Origin: Klebsormidium nitens
Taxonomy: Eukaryota > Plantae > Klebsormidiophyceae
Reading direction: 5' to 3'
Length of the DNA: 64,000 bases
Assembly (NCBI GenBank): GCA_000708835.1
Contig: DF237094.1
Span: forward strand, 62,001 to 126,000
Shown: one piece after another, positions 13,064-25,453 of the stretch
Position numbering within the stretch: position 1 is the first letter of the stretch
Layout of the letters: the number at the start of each line of letters is the position of its first letter
Notes under the pieces: generated by a model
The model's input: only the letters and a program-made list of their open reading frames with translations
Told to the model about the DNA's origin: nothing
Databases searched by the model: none
Program-made: the position numbers and the translations under genes

Positions 13064-14099
13064 TCAATGCTCTGTTGACGCCTGCTTCTGCAACCGTCTC
13101 TGCTTGCGCAACTTGTAACGCTCCTTGTCAGCAGCGCTTGAACATAAACGACATACATATCCGAGCCCATCCGGTGTTTTTGACGTCACCGTAAAACTCG
13201 CACGCTTGTTTCTGCTCGCCGCAGGCAATACACTTCTTTGCTTCCCTTGGAAGGTAAACTTGCGCACTCCGCCTTTTCTGTCTGATATGCGCCAACCTCT
13301 TGTTGTCGCAACTTTTGCAACAACTTTGACGCCCAACTGGACTCCTTGGATGTACACTGAACTGATCGGCATCTTTAACCTCGTCGCAGTGGTGGCAACG
13401 CAATGGCTGATCTGTCGGCATCCACCGTGGCCGAGCAGCATTCAATGCAGAGAGACAGGCTCTGCAGCAAGGTCCCGTCCGATCCTTGCTCCTAGCATTC
13501 CTTGGGAAATCTCTTAGTTCCTTAGTGAGCCCACACTTCTTACAAGCCTTAGCCCTCTCCCACGCCTCTGTCACACTCATTCCCAGGTGATGCAGCTCTT
13601 TCTGCGCGCACTTTGCCTGCAAGAGAGCCAAGCACGCTCGGCACACGTCAATCCGCCCGTCCATACTCGTAACTGTCTTTTCAAAGTCTACTATTGGCTT
13701 GGAATGCTGACAGTCAGGACATGTTTTCACCTGGGTTTCCAACGTACTTCCTGTGCTTCTAGCAGGTTCTGGCCCGGGTACTGTGCTGGCCCCCGTTGCC
13801 ACCGCTTGCACCCGTCTCTGGACCAATTGCCCCCTAGATTTTGCAGGCAACGGACGGCCCCCATCAGCTGACGTACTAAAGCTCAGAGTCAAACTCTGTC
13901 CACTGCCGAAAAAGGGGGTTTCACATCTCACAATCCTGCAAAACGGTAGCTGCTGATTAGCATGGATCCTTGATAGAACATCGCGCGTGGGCGCCACACT
14001 TTGGACCGCTGCATGCTGCACACCACCCCCCGACCTCCACACCTTTCTTGCCCAACCACATGCTTCGGCTTTCAGGTGAATCCCAGACGTGGTCGCCAT
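13064..14099 (-). pseudogene. Intronless 4x CX2C-X22-CX2C zinc-ribbon repeat protein, copy 1, frameshifted in the last repeat
   Basis: ORF 13128-14132, likely start MATTSG at 14099. Repeats begin KTCPDC, KACKKC, LRCHHC and KKCIAC. Repeat 4 is completed only in another frame (DGLGYVCRLC..., ORF 13064-13441), implying a 1-nt indel near 13172. Confidence 0.75.
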
Positions 14100-14569
14100 T
14101 TCAGCAGAGGAGGCGCTTGATATGACTAGCACGCACTCTCACTTGACGTTGAAGAAAATGTGTGGAAATTCTGCCACATTGCAGAGTGACTGTGAAGCTC
14201 GTCTATTAATACTATGGATCTAGCTGCTCGATCGAGCTAGGGGAATCACACTTCAAAACCCGTAAACCCGGGAGGTGAATGCGGCCGCGCGGAGCCCCGC
14301 GCTGGTTAGTCAATCGCCGCGGCCGCTGCGCCTAGAACCTCGGAATCACTGCACTTAATTAAAACTTTCAAACTCTAATAATTGCATCTCGTTCGTCCTT
14401 GATACAGTAAGATTAAGTAGGCCCGACGCTGATTTCGGTCAAATCAGGACAAGGAAGAGAGCCGTCTGACTGAACAACACGGCGCGCCCTAATAACCGTG
14501 ACAGCCCGTCTTCGCTTGGGTTTTGCACTAGCTGAGCCCGCCGAGCGTGTCAGCACATATATCGCAAGC

Positions 14570-17500
14570 ATGATGGTCCCATTCAATGCGCGGCTCTGAT
14601 TCAGGCAGAAGACATGGGTGCCAGCAGGTAGGATATGTAACTCTCATTGATACCTGATGCCCACCTGATGTCCCGTGAAATGGCTTGAACAATAAAACGG
14701 CAGGAGAGAATGTCGCTTTCTGCGCTTTTTCCCTGAAGCCAGCAGGTTAAATTTGTTCTATGACTTATAGTGTGCGATCAGATTTTCAGGGACGTACTAG
14801 GTCTGCAAAACATCAGTCAAGTGCTTTATGATAGTCTTGTCTCTTGTCATGTGTGGATTGACTGCGCCGTTTTCGTTTGCTTCTACTGTTACATTAGGTT
14901 TCTGCTCAGTGGTTTAGAAGAGTGCCAGTACTAGTCACTTGGACAAAAGCCTGCTGGAAAGAACCCATTAATCCGCGAAGTCGAGCCCACTGTTCAGCGA
15001 TACACTTTTGAACGTTAGTACAATCAGGCTCTGAGTTGCACTCAATGACCCTGATTCTGTTTCAGATCACTGGGTTCGCGCGTAGAGGTCTTTTGGAGTG
15101 AGCGGCAGCCGGCGCAGCAATGAAAGAACGTCCACGTAGTTCTCAGTCTAGCAAGAGGGGAGCAGGAGGACCAGATTCTGTAGGACTTCCATCACTTTGT
15201 ACATCTCCCACCAGGTTGCGCGTCTTCCACTGAAGGATGTAATCAAGCTCGAAGCAAGCCTTTCAAAATGTCTAAATATTTTTATCAAAGCCTTGCAGAC
15301 CTTTTTGTACCGAAGATTCATCAATACACAAAACTAGGTACCATTGAGGATCCTACAGCAGATGGCTCGACGTAGCAAGGTAATTTAGGACCTGCGATTG
15401 CTGTATTCCGATGGTCCCCGTTTCAGTGGGCTGACTCCATTCTCACGTCAAAGTGGCTCTAGCTAGCTGTATAGCCCAACACTTGAAGAATCTCAGTTGT
15501 TGAGCAATGTTCCGGCCTCTTTTTCAGGCTGACGGAGTATACAATGGCCTTCCAATTCGCACAGAAAGGGTTCCAAAAGCAGATTGAGTCTGGGGTGCAA
15601 CTGGAGGAGCCCTTCCACACGGGCATCCACATGACCGTCGACGAGTTCTGCCGTTGGTAGACAGCCAGACCGACTCGCGAAAACGTTGTTTGGCTGCACC
15701 ATGGGGAGGTGCTCATACTGGGGAGCTGGGACAGCCCGGTGCATCTGGTTGTTAGGAGGGCCGCTTTGGTGCTGATGAGCTCGGCGATCCGCAGACGTGA
15801 GCAGTGGAAGACGGCTGCAGCCCAAGCATGGTCGTTTTGTTTTTTGAGCTTGGCGACTCGGCGAGGTGACGCCAGTGGCAGCCAGAGAGAGGCGACCAGG
15901 GAATTGAACTCGAAGAGCCAATCGTTTTCGAGACAGGATGTAGTGGAGAGATCCACATAGGCGAATTTAGTTGCAGTGCTCTTTAAAACTTAAGTGCAAG
16001 CTCGGCGCAAGCCTCGGGGAGACTCACTGTGCTTGGAAACGGCCTGTGGTTGCTTGCTTCTTGACTGCGTTATCGAACGGACGCACATCATGAGCTTGGC
16101 CAAGATAAATCTTTGTTGGAGGAGCGGAACCGTCGAGCGGCTCCAGCTTGATCTGCTTGAGCTCGTCGGGAAAAGAGCTGCAAGATGAAGTCCCTACTTT
16201 CGTCCGAAATGATACGAGAATGGAGGCAAGTACTGCTCTCAGTCAATATGCTAATATGCTTATATGTATGCGGCTCGCTTATTTTGTGCAGTGGCAGCAG
16301 AGCCGCTCGGGGAGATGCCACTACGCGACTTCAGGGGTCAATTCCGCGCCGCCTCCGGTTGCTAGGAATACTCTTTGGCTGCGTGCCACCTGTCCTGGAA
16401 CCATAAAGAACGTGCAACTCCCAAAATCGCCCTGCACGCCTTCGAGCCGTGGGCAAGCTTTCATGCAGTTTGTCGGCCTTCGGTGAGTTTTTGACGTTTG
16501 CGCTGACGCTTTGAAAAAGATTGGAGGGTTTTACTGATCCCTCGTGAGTTGTGCATAAAACGAGAGAGAATCTCACAAGTGCAGACGCGCTGTGACGTGG
16601 GCTTGGACGTCCTACAGCCTTTTGAAATTTACCCTGATGATACTGATTCTCAGTGTTTGAAATCGTTCCAATTCTGCTTGACGCGTTTTGGCCGTTAAAT
16701 GATTGGACAATCCGATGCCCGCAGAAACGAGTCTAGAAGTTGTCATTCCGTTTGTGGCAAATACGAAAAGCCATGTTCGGTCATGAGATTGCGCCTTGCG
16801 TGCTCAGAGAGCGAGCTCGCTCTCAGCGCCTATCTACCCAGATGCTAAGCGAAATTGCCTTTCACTACTATCTCGATCTCCCTTCACTACTATCTCGACT
16901 TTCTTCTCTTATTCGATTGATTTAGGAGAAGCCTCCTGGTTGTAACTTTTACATCACTGATTCGGGACGTCGCCTCGATGTCCCTCAAGATCAGCCGTTG
17001 GGCGGAGCTCCCCGATTTCAGTGCTACGAGCCTCTCTCTTTGATTTGCAGGATTTTGGAGGAGTTTCATGATTGCAACATCTTTCTGGGCTTCTCTCCGA
17101 GCCCTACCTCTGTCCAGGCGTTTACCATGTGGCGCGACCCCGCAGATCCGAACGCGGCAGCGGTCGTGCAAAGCGAGATAGTCACGGTGGGTGATAAACT
17201 GTCTATTCCCCTGGCGGTCATCTTTCAGGGGAGGGAGAATATCCCGAGCAATTGCAGGTGAGCACAAATCCGGCCAATGTAACTCGGGGGCAACTCTGAC
17301 TTGACAGTTGTATCGCGGAAGACAAGCGCCTGGGGACGGGTGGTGTTGATATGGTGTCTAAGGCGGCTTACCTGGTAAGTACGAAATGCGAAGCACATGA
17401 CTGGGTTGCAAATCCGGGTTCACTTTTACTTTTTTCTTGTTCGTGGGGTTTTAGAGTTTGTCACCTGAAAGAGTTGTGTCACTCAGAATTCACCAATCAT

Positions 17501-17700
17501 GGCAGTACATGAGCACATAGTTTAGAACGGGCCCTCAGTTCATGCCGCAGTGCTGGATACGATTCGTCCTGACTACCTACAAAACCTAGCAAGTATTCTC
17601 CCAAGTGAAGTTGAACCCAAAACTGCGGCCAAGACACTCGGTTTGAAACGGCAGAATTGTTGTTCTCGGGCGTCTCAGGTTTGGTATTGCTGCCGGGCCT
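14570..17700 (+). pseudogene. Uma2/DUF820-like endonuclease pseudogene, copy 2 (segmental duplicate of 5790-8930)
   Basis: Collinear similarity to copy 1 in exons and introns. Translates MTVDEFCRW*...VVWLHHGEVLILGSWDSPVH (TAG at 15658-15660), a frameshifted PPVLE segment near 16385-16410, and the exon TSVQAFTMWRDP...LSIPLAVIF (17050-17257). Confidence 0.55.
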
Positions 17701-19722
17701 CATCTGACATTGCGAACGCAAAACTTATTGGCAATTCCTTGATGTGATCATACAGGCAAGTGCCAATCGGAATGTGAGATTGGACCTGGAACTGGCCCAC
17801 ATAATCTATTTAGAAAGGCTCGGGTACTACGAGAACGGATTTCCACCCGAGTAGTAGAGAGCACTCTTAAGTACGATCAGAAGTGGACGTTCCCTGCTTT
17901 TTGCGCCGGCCGGCGTGTATCATTCTCGTGAGCGTGCGCTCGTAATTAGCTCTTAGCGTTTAAAGTACATGTTCGACTTCAAGATTACGTATACGTGCAT
18001 GGAAGGCTCACATAGAGTCTGCAAAGGACATGCACTGCATCGTCAGTTGCTTGGCGCATGCCGCATAATGCATCGGCGCGAGCTAGCCACTATCAAAGCT
18101 ATACGCGCCACTTATTGTATTCGCAAGAGCGTCCGACCAATATCACTGTTCAACGCATGCCAGGTTATGAACGTACCCAATAGACTGTGCATTTGATCAT
18201 GAGCGTTGAGCTTGACCTTTTGAATCTATTGACGTGCTCTACTAGGCTACCACATGCCCGGGCCAATTTCGTGAAAGTCCACACGAAGGCCCATGAATTG
18301 GCTAATCATGTCAAAGTTGCATAAAAATCGAAGTCAGAACGAAAACGACTTTTTAAAAGCTGCTATTGAACATGCAACGCCCCGTTGTATCATCATACTG
18401 AAGAATGCTCAATGGATTGAAAATGATCTGCAATTCGCAACCGTGGCCTTTTCAGTTGCCTACCGATGTCCTGGCCTACTGATGTCCTGGATTCAATCCC
18501 ACTACGCCCCACGTGCTCCAGCCCATTGATATTGCGATGCTAGCGGGAGAGCGCTCTCCTTCAATATCAATACAGTCGATCTCCCTCGGCCAAGAACATT
18601 CGCTCAGGACTTACAATTTGAATGTTGTTTTGGTCCACCTAGGCTACCGAGCCTGCAATATAAAAGGAAGGGTATGAGCACGCTTCCGTGTTCTTGGGTT
18701 GCCGACAATTGACGATCAACGAAGCCCATCGAAACGGATGACTATTGCGAAATTCAACCAGATGGTAGGACAAAATATGCTGCCGGCTTCATGGGTCTCC
18801 CAATGGGGTTTCGCCGGGGAACGAAAAGGTACTGCCGGAGCTCTTCCCCGCGAGCTGTTGTCGATTTGCCACCCGCCCAATTGTCTGCTCTACACATTTT
18901 GGACCGCAACTGAGATTTAGTGCCTGACAAGTCTGCAAACGTGTCCACTGTCACCCTCAAGGACTTTGACGAGAAAAAGTTCCGAGCGAACGAGTCGAGT
19001 TAGGTGAGAGGACGCACAAAAAACGTGCAGGGTGCCACTGGCGCAGCGCATTGAACTGACCTGAACTCCGAGCGCGAATCAGAGACATATGGAGGGTCGT
19101 GGCGTAGTTGAGCAGGGGATGCGTTCGTTCCGCTTGGCCCCGGGTAAACTGCGAAGAAAGAGTGGACACATCAGAGACAGCGCTGCGAGCTAATTGATTT
19201 GCAACAGTATAATCGTTTCGTATAACTGCTAGCACTGTCAAAGCGTGTGCATGTAGCTGCAGACTTCAGTATAATGGCAGTAAGATCTCCAGCGCCGTGT
19301 TACGAATCTGCTGCCAGCGCACAACGATTTGAATGATTGCGCACTAGCACCACGTCGGAATGAAGCATGGGAATGCTGCTCACGAAAGGCGCGGCAGATT
19401 TAAGAGGAAGAAAAGGTTGGACATAAGCGCGCAAAGAAAACCGTCAAGATCACGTTTGCCTGTGTGTACAACCGGAAATACATGTCGCTACTCCAGTGTT
19501 TGTCGGAAGGGTCCGATGTAGGCAGCGACCACAAGAGCACACGTCCTGCTTCTTGGTCGCCGAGATCCGCGCTCCACAAAAAGTACAGATTGTCTTCTTC
19601 ACCGTTCTGCAATTGGCTCGGGCAAAGATTGACTCGAACAGGCAGACTTCCTTCATCACACAAACAGCGCGCTATCTTGGGCGGCATGTAGAGTTTCTGG
19701 GCGGTTCACGAACGGTACGTAC

Positions 19723-20866
19723 CTCGGGGTGGCGGCTGCGGTGTGCGACGGCCCCGCTGTTGCCGGTGCGGTGGCCGCTCTGAGCGCCTCCCAGGTCACG
19801 ATTGTCGCCCACACGCGATGATTGCCAGGAATGCCCGCTTTCCCCTTCTTGGCCAGCTCGTATGTGTCGCCTCATGCTCCTGTAGTAGACAACAACAACT
19901 TTAGATAGTAGCCCGGATCTGCTGAACAGTCAATTCTGTTCATCACAAGAGCGCGTGTTGAGGTTGGCTGTTACTTTTATGGGATCGAAGTGATTTTGGA
20001 AAAGTTGGATGCGGAGGCACGCATAAGCGTGCATAGTGGAGTGATATGGCGTTTCGCTTCCCGCTTTAGCAGTCTGCCCCAGGTGACAACAACATCTTGA
20101 GTTCTCAACGTACATCAAACCCTGGCAGCCTGATCTTCAAACACGTACAAGGAGCGTGCTCGCGCTTACCTTGTGCAGGCCAACAGCAGTGGCCTTCCGC
20201 GCGCGCTAGGGTCCTGTGCGAGGTGCGTCAGCGTGGGATGCACGTGCACCGCATACCCGTTGTGCGGACGTCACCATGGCCACGCCCGGCAAGATCCATG
20301 CACACACCTGCGGCAAACCGGAAGCCAAGCTCTTAGCAGCTCTTCCGGCACAGTCCAAAGGCATCTTTATTGAGCTTCACCAGTGCACGGCAGGAAAGTT
20401 TGGTGCTTTGCATGAAACGACCTCAAGGTGGGTACGTAGGCAGAGGGGGCAATGCCTATTGGGTTCGACGAGAGTACTCTAAATCAATCCGCATCGTAAC
20501 ACTGAAGCCGTGGACACTGAAGCCCCGCTTTCGTCGCTTTGACGGATCCAACCGTTACAATGTCGACTGGCAACCGCAAGACAGAACGAACAAGACGCTA
20601 ACCACCGAACCGGCCTTATAAAGTGCGGCGTACGCTGGGACGGCAATGTCCTGACAGAATCCTGACGAGCTTTTCGCACCCCGACTTCGCTGAGGTACGG
20701 CCCTGTGAACATGGTGACAACGTCTCTGCCGAGCCGACGGACAGCGCCGGGACAGAACGGAAAGAGCAGCCCCGGAAAGGAAGGCGTTACCGGGCGGGCC
20801 GCGCTTACTTGTCGGATGGCGTCGCTGGGCCTTTCTGGCCATGCTCTAGTGAGCGTCCGCAGCACC
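19723..20866 (-). pseudogene. Spliced gene fragments of unknown identity, probably degenerate
   Basis: GC-rich exon-like blocks bounded by YAG and GTAAG/GTACG at 20809-20866, 20170-20307 and 19723-19879. The protein-like frames (HNGYAVHVHPTLTHLAQDP; GDTYELAKKGKAGIPGNHRVWATIVTWEAL) are interrupted by stops. No family recognised. Confidence 0.25.
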
Positions 20867-23011
20867 CTGCAGCTCCTCTTTGCTGATCGCCTGCAAAGGA
20901 AGGTAGAACGGATTCAAGATCCGAACCCGACCCACAATTTCCAAACGTTCAACGACTTTTTGAAGGCAACTTGAGATCCATTTCAATTGTGCGGTGCGAT
21001 GCACAGATTGGCATGCACTTTACGAGAGTTTGCAGGTCTACAAGCAAGGTAGATCTTTGACTGGTTGGTTGCGGACGTTTGGAGCGATCAAGGACAATCG
21101 GAATCCGCTCATGACGCCAAACTCACTTGAAACAAGCGCTACGCAAACGTGGCCGCAGGACCAACACAGGCTGGTTGCGTGACAACTTGGCTGACTCACG
21201 AGTTCGTTTAGGGCACGGATTCTGGGAGCCTTCTGCATGCTCACCTTCCAGAGCATCTCACTGAAGGGCCGTGCGAGATGGAGAGCTTGAGTAGTCTCGG
21301 CAGCGCTCAGAGCCTGTACAGCAAGACGGGAGTTACAGTCCTCAACGTCGACGAATTGAAGACCAATCCAATGTAAAGTCACGTTGGCTCGAACGACCCT
21401 GTCACCTAAACGGCAGCTCATGTTGTCACTGTTCGTCACAAACTGTGCTGTCCAAGGTTGGCTCTTGTCTCTAGGAGCTCGAATCAATATCACCGTCCTT
21501 ACAGAAGACTCCTCAAAGCGAGTCACGGTGGGATGCCAAGTCTCCGCTTTGCAGTTTCCAAGCAGGAACACAAACAGAAAACTCAAACCATTCTCCATGA
21601 TCGAGACGATGCTGTCTTCATGAGCTGCCACGAGGTCAATAACAGCGGAACGACCGAACCACAAAATCTGAATCTATTTGTGCAGGCCGTTGGAAAAAAT
21701 GAGGGCACTGACTGTACTCCCTCAGGAACACACGAAGTAAACGGTTGACCACAATAATGAACCAGCCTCTAAGCATATCACGCACCCCACGATATGCGTA
21801 GGGTCAACATCTCGAACCCACTCCGATCAAACTGGAGGCTGAGAGTAAGTCTTCGCTTTGTCTCTCCTCGGGGCTGACGGCTTACATTCCCGTCGGCACG
21901 AGCTGTTGTGTTGCAGGCCGTCCAAATGGTGAAATCGTATGTGCCCGGCTGACAAACTGGTTGTTCCAATCCTCCCTCCTGCCAATCAGAAGAAAGCCAT
22001 TATTAGGAGGATTGAATTCGCAGCGGTTAGCTTAGGAACTTTTCTCCTTAGCCTAGTGGGCTGAGAGCTTCCCTACATCTGATTTGCAATAAGAGTTCAG
22101 CCAGGCCGAAAAAACTCCCTTGAAAGTCGTGACCTGAAAGGCAATCCTGTGCTTGTCATGATTTCGAAGTCCCACGACTATTAGCCCACTCTGCTTTGCT
22201 TAACTACTGAAGATTCACTTTGCACTCAGATGAAAGACCGATTCGTCACAGAAGATCAATGCATCATTTGTCCGAAATCAGGTCAGCGTCAGGACCGAAA
22301 CCCACGCCCTTGCTGGAAGGGCGCAAGCTCAGAGCTTCTATCAAGTCATTTGACAATGGGCCCCATGTTAATGAAGAGAGGCGTCCCGGCTCAGAAGGGG
22401 CTGGCGAGACGAGAAATGACAGAAGTTGTCGCTCACGTTTACGTCGGCATTGGCCTCTCAAGCGCTTTTGACTTGCCGCTTATTCACTCACACATGCAAC
22501 GGGACAGTGGCCGTCACAGATCAAAAACACAATTGGATGGAAAGACCAGATCTCAATCCTCAGTCAATGTACTGCGTAAACATAAGCGCCAGAAATTGTA
22601 TCTGGACTCTAAAGTTTTCAAAAGAGCTTGATCAAGAGAAAAGCAAGCAGCTTTCATCGTGAACGGGGCAAGGTTCGAACCAACTGCCACCGTTCTCTAC
22701 GCCCTTTCCTCCCAAAGTGTACAAAGTCAAAAGTTAAGCTAAGCTTTGAGAAAGCAGGTATGATAGGTTTCCTACTCACCTGAAACACCATGATGACGGT
22801 AGAGTCCAGGATAAACCATGGAAGCCCTTTTGAAGAGCGCTGTGCTTTTGACGTATTCCACTCTCGACTCCGTTTCGCAATAGCCCAAACCTGGCAGCTA
22901 GACTGCTGTTGCTGGCCTCAAAAATAGGCCCACACTCAGCACAGGCGCTTTCTTGTTCCGCCGGCCAGGCCCGGAAAGTGTTGGAGAAGCAAATGAGGCC
23001 GTGGCAAAAGA

Positions 23012-24106
23012 CTACTGTGACAAGGAAGCACTGTGTAAAGCAAGAGAGCCCAGGCTCTCAACGTCATTGCTCTTCTGAGGCTCGCCTGTTGCACCCCTTT
23101 TCTGTTTGCTCATCTCATAACGCTTCTTCTCACATGACTTACATGCGGTGTCCAACCCATCGATTGCTCCATTTTGAGCATAGAAGTCGCACGCTGGTTT
23201 ATGCTTGCCGCAGGCACTACATTTCTTCGTTTCCCTCAAAAGGTAAATCCGTGTTTCTCGCCTTATTTGTCGTGTCTGCTTTCTAGCTTCAACCGTGCAA
23301 CGCTTGCAAATCCCAGCACGCCCACTTGGATTTCGTGCGCCTGAGGAGAAATGAGTGGAAGCTTTGATCTCCCCACACCACTTGCACTGCAGTGGCTGGT
23401 CTGTTGGAACCGACTGGGGCCGAGCAGCATCCAACAGGGAGACGCAGGCCCTACAGGAAGTGCGCGTCTGGTCTTTGCCATAAGAATCCCTTGCAAAATC
23501 TCGGAGTTCCTTTTTGAGCCCACATTTCTTACAAGTCTTAGCCCTCTCCCATGCTTCCGTCACGCTCAATCCCAGGTGATGCAACTCTTTCTGCGCACTG
23601 CTCATCCGCAGGACAGCCAAGCACGCTCGGCACACATCTGTCCGCCCATCCATACTTGTCACTGTCTTTTCAAAATCTACCGTGAGCTTCGAATGCTGAC
23701 ACGCTGGGCACAATTTGACTTGGGTTTCCAGCGTACATCCTGTCTGTCCTGTGATTCTGGCTGTTTCTGCGTTGGGCACTTCACTGGCCCCCTCCCCCCC
23801 AGCTTGCGCCCATCTTTGAGTCAACTGTCCACCTGAGCTTGTGGCCGCAAAAGGAAAGGATTGGCCCGCATCAGCCGCCGTCGCAAACCTTAGAATTGCA
23901 CCCCGTCCACCACCCAAGAAAAACGGTGTACAATTCCCAATGCTACCGAACGGAATCTGCCAAATCGCTCCGCTCTCTTTGATGACAGCGCACATGGGCT
24001 GTGCATTTGGCGCTGCTGCGCCTCAAACACCACCGCCCGAAACCCACAGCTTTCTTGCCCACCCAGCGACTTTGGCTTTGATGTGCATACCAAATGCGGA
24101 TGCCAT
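23012..24106 (-). CDS. Intronless 4x CX2C-X22-CX2C zinc-ribbon repeat protein, copy 2, with a nonsense codon in the leader
   Basis: ORF 23012-23995 has four complete repeats. The upstream in-frame ATG at 24106 (MASAFGMHIKAKVAGWARKLWVSGGGV) aligns with the copy 1 N-terminus but meets TGA at 24023-24025, where copy 1 has Gln. Confidence 0.75.
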
Positions 24107-25453
24107 TGTACTACAGCAGACCTAGAACTCATTGTCCAGAGATAAAGGCGCTTGATTGTAATTTGTATAGCAAGCTAGGCTGGCCGCCACGAGGATGGCT
24201 CAAGGTGATGCAGCCTCGATGACTGCTCCTTCAGGCTTCAGGGCTCGAATTGCTTTGCCCCTGGGAGAGGCTTTGTTGCTGAAGATGAGTGTCAAACTAG
24301 ATTGGCAGCACGATATGCTGCACCCGGCATGCCATTTGATCAAATTTTTATCAGAAGTTACATAAGCTATAATGTCTAATTATAGGTGATTTTGCAGTGA
24401 TAAGTTCTGATATAAATTTGTGATCTTTGCCGGTTTGCTCAAGGTTTGTCAGGGTTGCGGCCCGCGGGTGAGGAACTGATCGAACTGGTTTAAACAATTG
24501 CGTTTGTTTCCTACACAATCCGAACGGACTGGTGATGGACGTTTGTCCTACGGCGCGACAAATTTGGCAGTTAAAATTACCTGTAAATTCAACGGCTTGC
24601 ATTCTGCGTATACGGTATAACGCACCGGTATCCGGCCAGGTGACAATGGGCGACTTATCATGTGCCTGCCAGGGCCCACCGGCCGCCTCCGCTCTCAGCC
24701 TCTTGATCTGAGACTCTCACCTATTGAAGGTCTTGACACAACGTAAACGAAACCCATACCCAGGCGACAAGGGTACCCCCTGAAACAAACCGGAACTACA
24801 ATCGACGGTCCGCGACAGCTTAACACACGTGTGAAACCCAATTGTACGCCCTGCGACAGTCGGCCGACCGACTAGACGTGCACAATACGACAAACGAGTC
24901 AGAATATGCTGTACACACTTTCTTGTGCCAAACGGCGAGCCGATATTTCAGGGCGAGGAGCACAACTGCGAAACCGTACACCAGTTTTACAATGCCCGGT
25001 TAAAGTTCCTGGAAATGCGATCGCGCCGCCATCTTCTCGCGCCCAGAAACACGACATCTTTAAGGGTACTGCGGCGGCCAAACGCCGGAGAAAATACAGG
25101 GCGGAGTCGCCACTCATTTCCAACGTCGTACTGTGGCTTTGCACGGTTCCATAACGAAGGCTTTCGCCATTTTCAATAACGCGTACGCTCGCGCGCATTT
25201 GGGGCGCACACTGGACAGCAAGAAAATGGCATGCCAAAAATGCTGACTCCAACGGATTCCGGTGGGCTTCGGCGGATCGCATTGGCCCTGTGAAGACTAG
25301 CAATGACAGCATTCGCTGAGGCCTGTACCGGAATCCGCACAAGCAGGAGCCACCCGGGCGGCCCCCCGGTGCCCAGCTGTGCACAGTGCAAAGCCCGTCA
25401 ATGCAGCAGAAATGAATTCTGTCAGCTAAGTACGGTAAAAGAAGAGCTCGTCA

